DNA of 64,000 bases. Source: Vicinamibacteria bacterium (GTDB lineage: Bacteria > Acidobacteriota > Vicinamibacteria > Marinacidobacterales > Marinacidobacteraceae). Below are positions 60,694 to 64,000 of this stretch, piece by piece (position 1 is the first letter of the stretch; each line of letters opens with the position of its first letter). The stretch spans positions 1,248,001-1,312,000 of the forward strand of contig OZ241322.1 in NCBI GenBank assembly GCA_965199715.1. Direction: 5' to 3'. The notes below the pieces were generated by a model. That model was not told the origin of the DNA, ran no database searches, and worked only from the letters and a program-made list of their open reading frames with translations. A program made the position numbers and the translations under genes.

Positions 60694-62432
60694 AGCTCGT
60701 CGTCGCCAACCGGGGAGAGATCGCCCGGCGGGTGCTCGCCGCCGGCCGCCGGCGCGGTTACGAGGTCGCCGTCGTCTCGACCCCGGCCGACGTCGGCGCG
60801 CCGGTGCGCCGCGAGGCGGACCGGGTGCTGGAAACGCCGGACTTCCTCGACGCCGCGGCGGTCGTCGAGGCGGCGCGAACCTGGGGCGCGGACCTCCTGC
60901 ATCCGGGTTACGGCTTCCTCTCCGAGAACGCCGATTTCGCGGCGCGGGTGGAGGCGGCGGGGATCGCGTTCGTGGGTCCGGACCCGGAATCCATGCGCCT
61001 GCTCGGAAACAAGGAAGCCGCCCGGAAGCTCGCGGTCGAGGTCGGCGTGCCGGTGCTGTCGGACGAGTTGCGGTTTCCGGTGGCGGTGAAGGCGGCGGCC
61101 GGCGGCGGGGGCATCGGCATCCGGGTCGTCCGCCGGCGGGAGGATCTCGAGGGCGCGCTCGAGGCGGCGGCGGCCCAGGCCCGGGCGGCCTTCGGGGACG
61201 GCGCCGTCTTCGTGGAGCGCTGGCTGGAGCGGCCCCGGCACGTCGAGATCCAGGTCTTCGGCGACGGCCGGGGCGGGGGCGCGCACTTCGGCGAGCGCGA
61301 ATGCTCGGTCCAGCGGCGACGGCAGAAGCTGCTGGAATGGGCGCCCGCCGCGATCGGCGCGGACTTGCGGTCGAGGATGGCGGCGGACGCGCTGAAGCTG
61401 GTCTCGGCCGCGCGCTACCGGGGCGCCGGCACCGTGGAGTTCCTCGTCGAGGGCGAGGAGCACTGGTTTCTCGAGGTGAACGCGCGGCTCCAAGTCGAGC
61501 ACCCGGTCACCGAGGCGATCGCCAAGGTCGATCTGGTGGACCTCCAGCTCGAACTCGCCGAGGGCGGCCGGCCGGCCCCGCAGTCGATGACGGAACCGCA
61601 AGGCGCCGCGATCGAGGCGCGGGTCCTCGCCGAATCTCCCGACGCGGGCTTCGCGCCCAGCCCGAAGCCGGTGCGGCGCTGGCGTCCGCCGGCGGGGGTC
61701 CGCTGCGACTCGGGGATCGAGGACGGCGCCCCGGTTCCTGCGGGGTTCGACTCGCTGCTCGCCAAGGTCATCGCGACCGGCGCGAGCTTCGAGGAGGCGC
61801 GCCGCGCGCTGGTCCGGGCGCTCGGCGACACGGTCCTCCACGGCCCGGAGACGAACCTCGGGTTCCTGCGGCGCGCGCTCGCGCACCCCGACTTCCGCGA
61901 GGGGCGGACACACACCGGCTGGGTGGAGGAGCGGCTCGACGAACTGACCGCGACCGAGCCGTCCCGGTTCCCGGACCGGGCCGCCGAGACGCTCCGGGAC
62001 GCGGCTTCGGGCCGCCGGCCGGACCCGGCGGCGGGGATCTTCCGCTCGCCCGGCGCGCCGGAGAACCGCCCCGGCGAGCGTCCGGGCGAGGTCCGCATCG
62101 GGGACGAACCGGCCGTCGTGACCGAGCTCCCGGACGGCGTGGCGGTCACCCGCGCCGGCGCGACCGAGGTGCTCCGGGAGTCCGGACCGGCGGCCGCCGG
62201 GCGCGCGGGCGGCGCGCGCGACGTGGAGGCCCCGCTGTCCGGGACGTTGCTCCGGGTGCGCGACGAGCCCGGCGTCGCGGTTCAGGAAGGCGAGGTCGTG
62301 GCGGTCGTCGAGTCCATGAAGATGCACTGGGAAGTGCGCGCGCCCGGGGCCGGCGTCCTCGAGGCGCCCGAGGCCCGCGCCGGCGATCAGGTGAGCGCCG
62401 GGACCGTGCTGGTCCGGCTCCGTCCCGCCTAG
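60690..62432 (+). CDS. Biotin carboxylase plus biotinyl domain (acyl-CoA carboxylase alpha subunit)
   Basis: ANRGEIA, HPGYGFLSEN, RECSVQRR, EVNARLQVEHPVTE; ESMKM biotinylation site. Confidence 0.93.
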   Translation: MKLVVANRGEIARRVLAAGRRRGYEVAVVSTPADVGAPVRREADRVLETPDFLDAAAVVEAARTWGADLLHPGYGFLSENADFAARVEAAGIAFVGPDPESMRLLGNKEAARKLAVEVGVPVLSDELRFPVAVKAAAGGGGIGIRVVRRREDLEGALEAAAAQARAAFGDGAVFVERWLERPRHVEIQVFGDGRGGGAHFGERECSVQRRRQKLLEWAPAAIGADLRSRMAADALKLVSAARYRGAGTVEFLVEGEEHWFLEVNARLQVEHPVTEAIAKVDLVDLQLELAEGGRPAPQSMTEPQGAAIEARVLAESPDAGFAPSPKPVRRWRPPAGVRCDSGIEDGAPVPAGFDSLLAKVIATGASFEEARRALVRALGDTVLHGPETNLGFLRRALAHPDFREGRTHTGWVEERLDELTATEPSRFPDRAAETLRDAASGRRPDPAAGIFRSPGAPENRPGERPGEVRIGDEPAVVTELPDGVAVTRAGATEVLRESGPAAAGRAGGARDVEAPLSGTLLRVRDEPGVAVQEGEVVAVVESMKMHWEVRAPGAGVLEAPEARAGDQVSAGTVLVRLRPA

Positions 62433-63223
62433 TCGCGGCTCGCGACGAGGATCGCGCCGTTCATGGTGCGGATCCGGCAGGTTCCGCCCTCGCCCTCGCC
62501 GATCCGCACCTTCTTGACCCGCCGCGTCGGCGTCTCGAGATTCTCGGCGTCGGGGATGTCCAACCGGACGCTGCCGTTCATCGCCGCCGCGTCCACCTCG
62601 CCCCGGGCGTCCCGCCCGAGGGTGACCTCCACCGCCCCGTTCACGGTGCGGAACGTGTGCGACGCGCCCTCGCGAAAGTCCTCGAGTTCGCACTCGATGG
62701 GGCCGTTCACGGTCTTGGCGGTGACCTCGCCGCTCTGGTTCGCCATCAGGATCCGCCCGTTCACGGTCTGGGCCTCGACCCGGCCGTGGAACCCGGCGAC
62801 CTCCACCGGGCCGTTCACGGTCTCGACCCGCACTTCGGCCGAAGCTGGGAGCCGCACCTTGTAGTCCACCTTGCCCCGGCGCCGGCTCCAGCCGTCGCCG
62901 AACACGCGCTTGGCGTGGCGAGTGCGGACCCGCACGCCGTCGGCGGTCTGGCGCACCTCGACCGTCATGTCGCGCAGCGCCGCGGGGTTCGTCCCCACCT
63001 TGCGGGCGGTGATCTCGGCCCCGTCCTCGTCCCAACTGTCGATGCGAACCGTGCCGTTGATGTTGCGGAGGTCGAACACTTCGCCGTCCTCGAACGCCTC
63101 CTGGAAGACCCGGGTCTCCTCCGAGCCCGGATCGCCGGTGAAGGACGCGGAACACGCGGGAGCGGCGAGAAACGCGGCGGCGACCGCGGGGAGGACTCGG
63201 GGAGCGCTTCGGACGGGTCGCAT
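62429..63223 (-). CDS. DUF4097-type beta-strand repeat exported protein
   Basis: Hydrophobic N-terminus ending APAC; repeated T(V/M)NG.(I/V) units. Confidence 0.8.
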   Translation of the reverse strand: MRPVRSAPRVLPAVAAAFLAAPACSASFTGDPGSEETRVFQEAFEDGEVFDLRNINGTVRIDSWDEDGAEITARKVGTNPAALRDMTVEVRQTADGVRVRTRHAKRVFGDGWSRRRGKVDYKVRLPASAEVRVETVNGPVEVAGFHGRVEAQTVNGRILMANQSGEVTAKTVNGPIECELEDFREGASHTFRTVNGAVEVTLGRDARGEVDAAAMNGSVRLDIPDAENLETPTRRVKKVRIGEGEGGTCRIRTMNGAILVASRD

Positions 63224-63283
63224 GAAGGTCGGGTACGAACGGACGGGGCGAATGTTCCGCGCCCCTTGCGTATTCTTGCCCCC

Positions 63284-64000
63284 ATGCCCCTTCGCTTCTT
63301 CGTTCTCGGCCTCCCGGCCCTCGCGCTTTCGGTCGCCGCGCTCGCGCAGGAGCCGGCGGACCGTCCCCGCGCCCGCGACGTCGGCCTCTCCCCGGGGGTG
63401 CTCCCGACCGGGCCGCTGAACGCGATCACCGACGTGCCCGACGTCCGGGTCGGCCAGGTCACGCTGGTCGCGGGCGACGACGTGCGCACCGGCGTGACCG
63501 CGATCCTGCCGCACGGGGGCAACCTCTTCGAGGAGAAGGTGCCCGGCGCGATCCACGTGGGGAACGCCTTCGGCAAGCTGGTCGGCGCGACGCAGGTGAT
63601 CGAGCTGGGAACGATCGAGACCCCGGTCGTGCTCACGAACACGCTGTCGGTCTGGGACGCGGCGCGGGCGGTCGCGTCCTACACGCTCGGCATCGCCGGC
63701 AACGAGGACGTGCGCTCGGTGAATCCGGTCGTCGGCGAGACCAACGACGGCTTCCTGAACGACATCCGCGGCTTCCGCGTGGAGGAGGCGCACGTGCTGG
63801 AGGCGATCCGGAGCGCCGGCTCGGGACCGGTGGAGGAAGGATCGGTGGGCGCCGGAACCGGAACCTCGGCGTTCGGGTGGAAGGGCGGAATCGGCACCTC
63901 GTCGCGCCGGGTTCCGGAGAGCCTCGGCGGCTGGACGGTGGGGGCGCTGGTCCAGAGCAACTACGGCGGCGTGCTCACCATGGACGGGCTCCCGGTGGGC
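63284..64000 (+). CDS. Secreted DmpA-like aminopeptidase (P1/S58 family), 3' truncated by window edge
   Basis: Read manually from ATG 63284: signal, RPRARDVG, GPLNAITDV, TGVTAILP, NAFGKL.G.TQV.ELG, PVVGETND, EGSVGAGTG, GWKGGIGTSSR. Confidence 0.9.
   Translation, partial: MPLRFFVLGLPALALSVAALAQEPADRPRARDVGLSPGVLPTGPLNAITDVPDVRVGQVTLVAGDDVRTGVTAILPHGGNLFEEKVPGAIHVGNAFGKLVGATQVIELGTIETPVVLTNTLSVWDAARAVASYTLGIAGNEDVRSVNPVVGETNDGFLNDIRGFRVEEAHVLEAIRSAGSGPVEEGSVGAGTGTSAFGWKGGIGTSSRRVPESLGGWTVGALVQSNYGGVLTMDGLPVG

Overview
High-GC, very compact chromosomal window from a member of Acidobacteriota; the 16S 5' end reads GATCCTGGCTCAGAATC, the phylum-typical signature. Core content is a complete rRNA operon on the minus strand (16S, tRNA-Ile, tRNA-Ala, 23S, 5S) and housekeeping genes (tyrS, purMN, argGH, yebC-ruvC-ruvA-ruvB-queA). 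Other content includes an acyl-CoA carboxylase/AtuA cluster, many exported hydrolases, two Oar-like TonB-dependent receptors, and TPR and ASPIC/UnbV proteins. I saw no transposase, integrase, prophage or CRISPR array. Most noteworthy: (1) a membrane-anchored MutS-family ATPase translationally coupled between ruvA and ruvB; (2) a PptH-like phosphoesterase plus Sfp-type PPTase pair inside an ASPIC-UnbV/TPR operon; (3) many apparently leaderless promoters, including a 17-bp bidirectional one; (4) Gln at +1 after most signal peptides; (5) normally cytoplasmic PLP, FAH and amidohydrolase enzymes carrying export signals; (6) an SNF2 partner of SWIM type with no cysteines; (7) a decay zone joining a sacsin-like remnant to a plug-deleted TonB receptor paralog. 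All family calls come from motif recognition by eye, without database searches.
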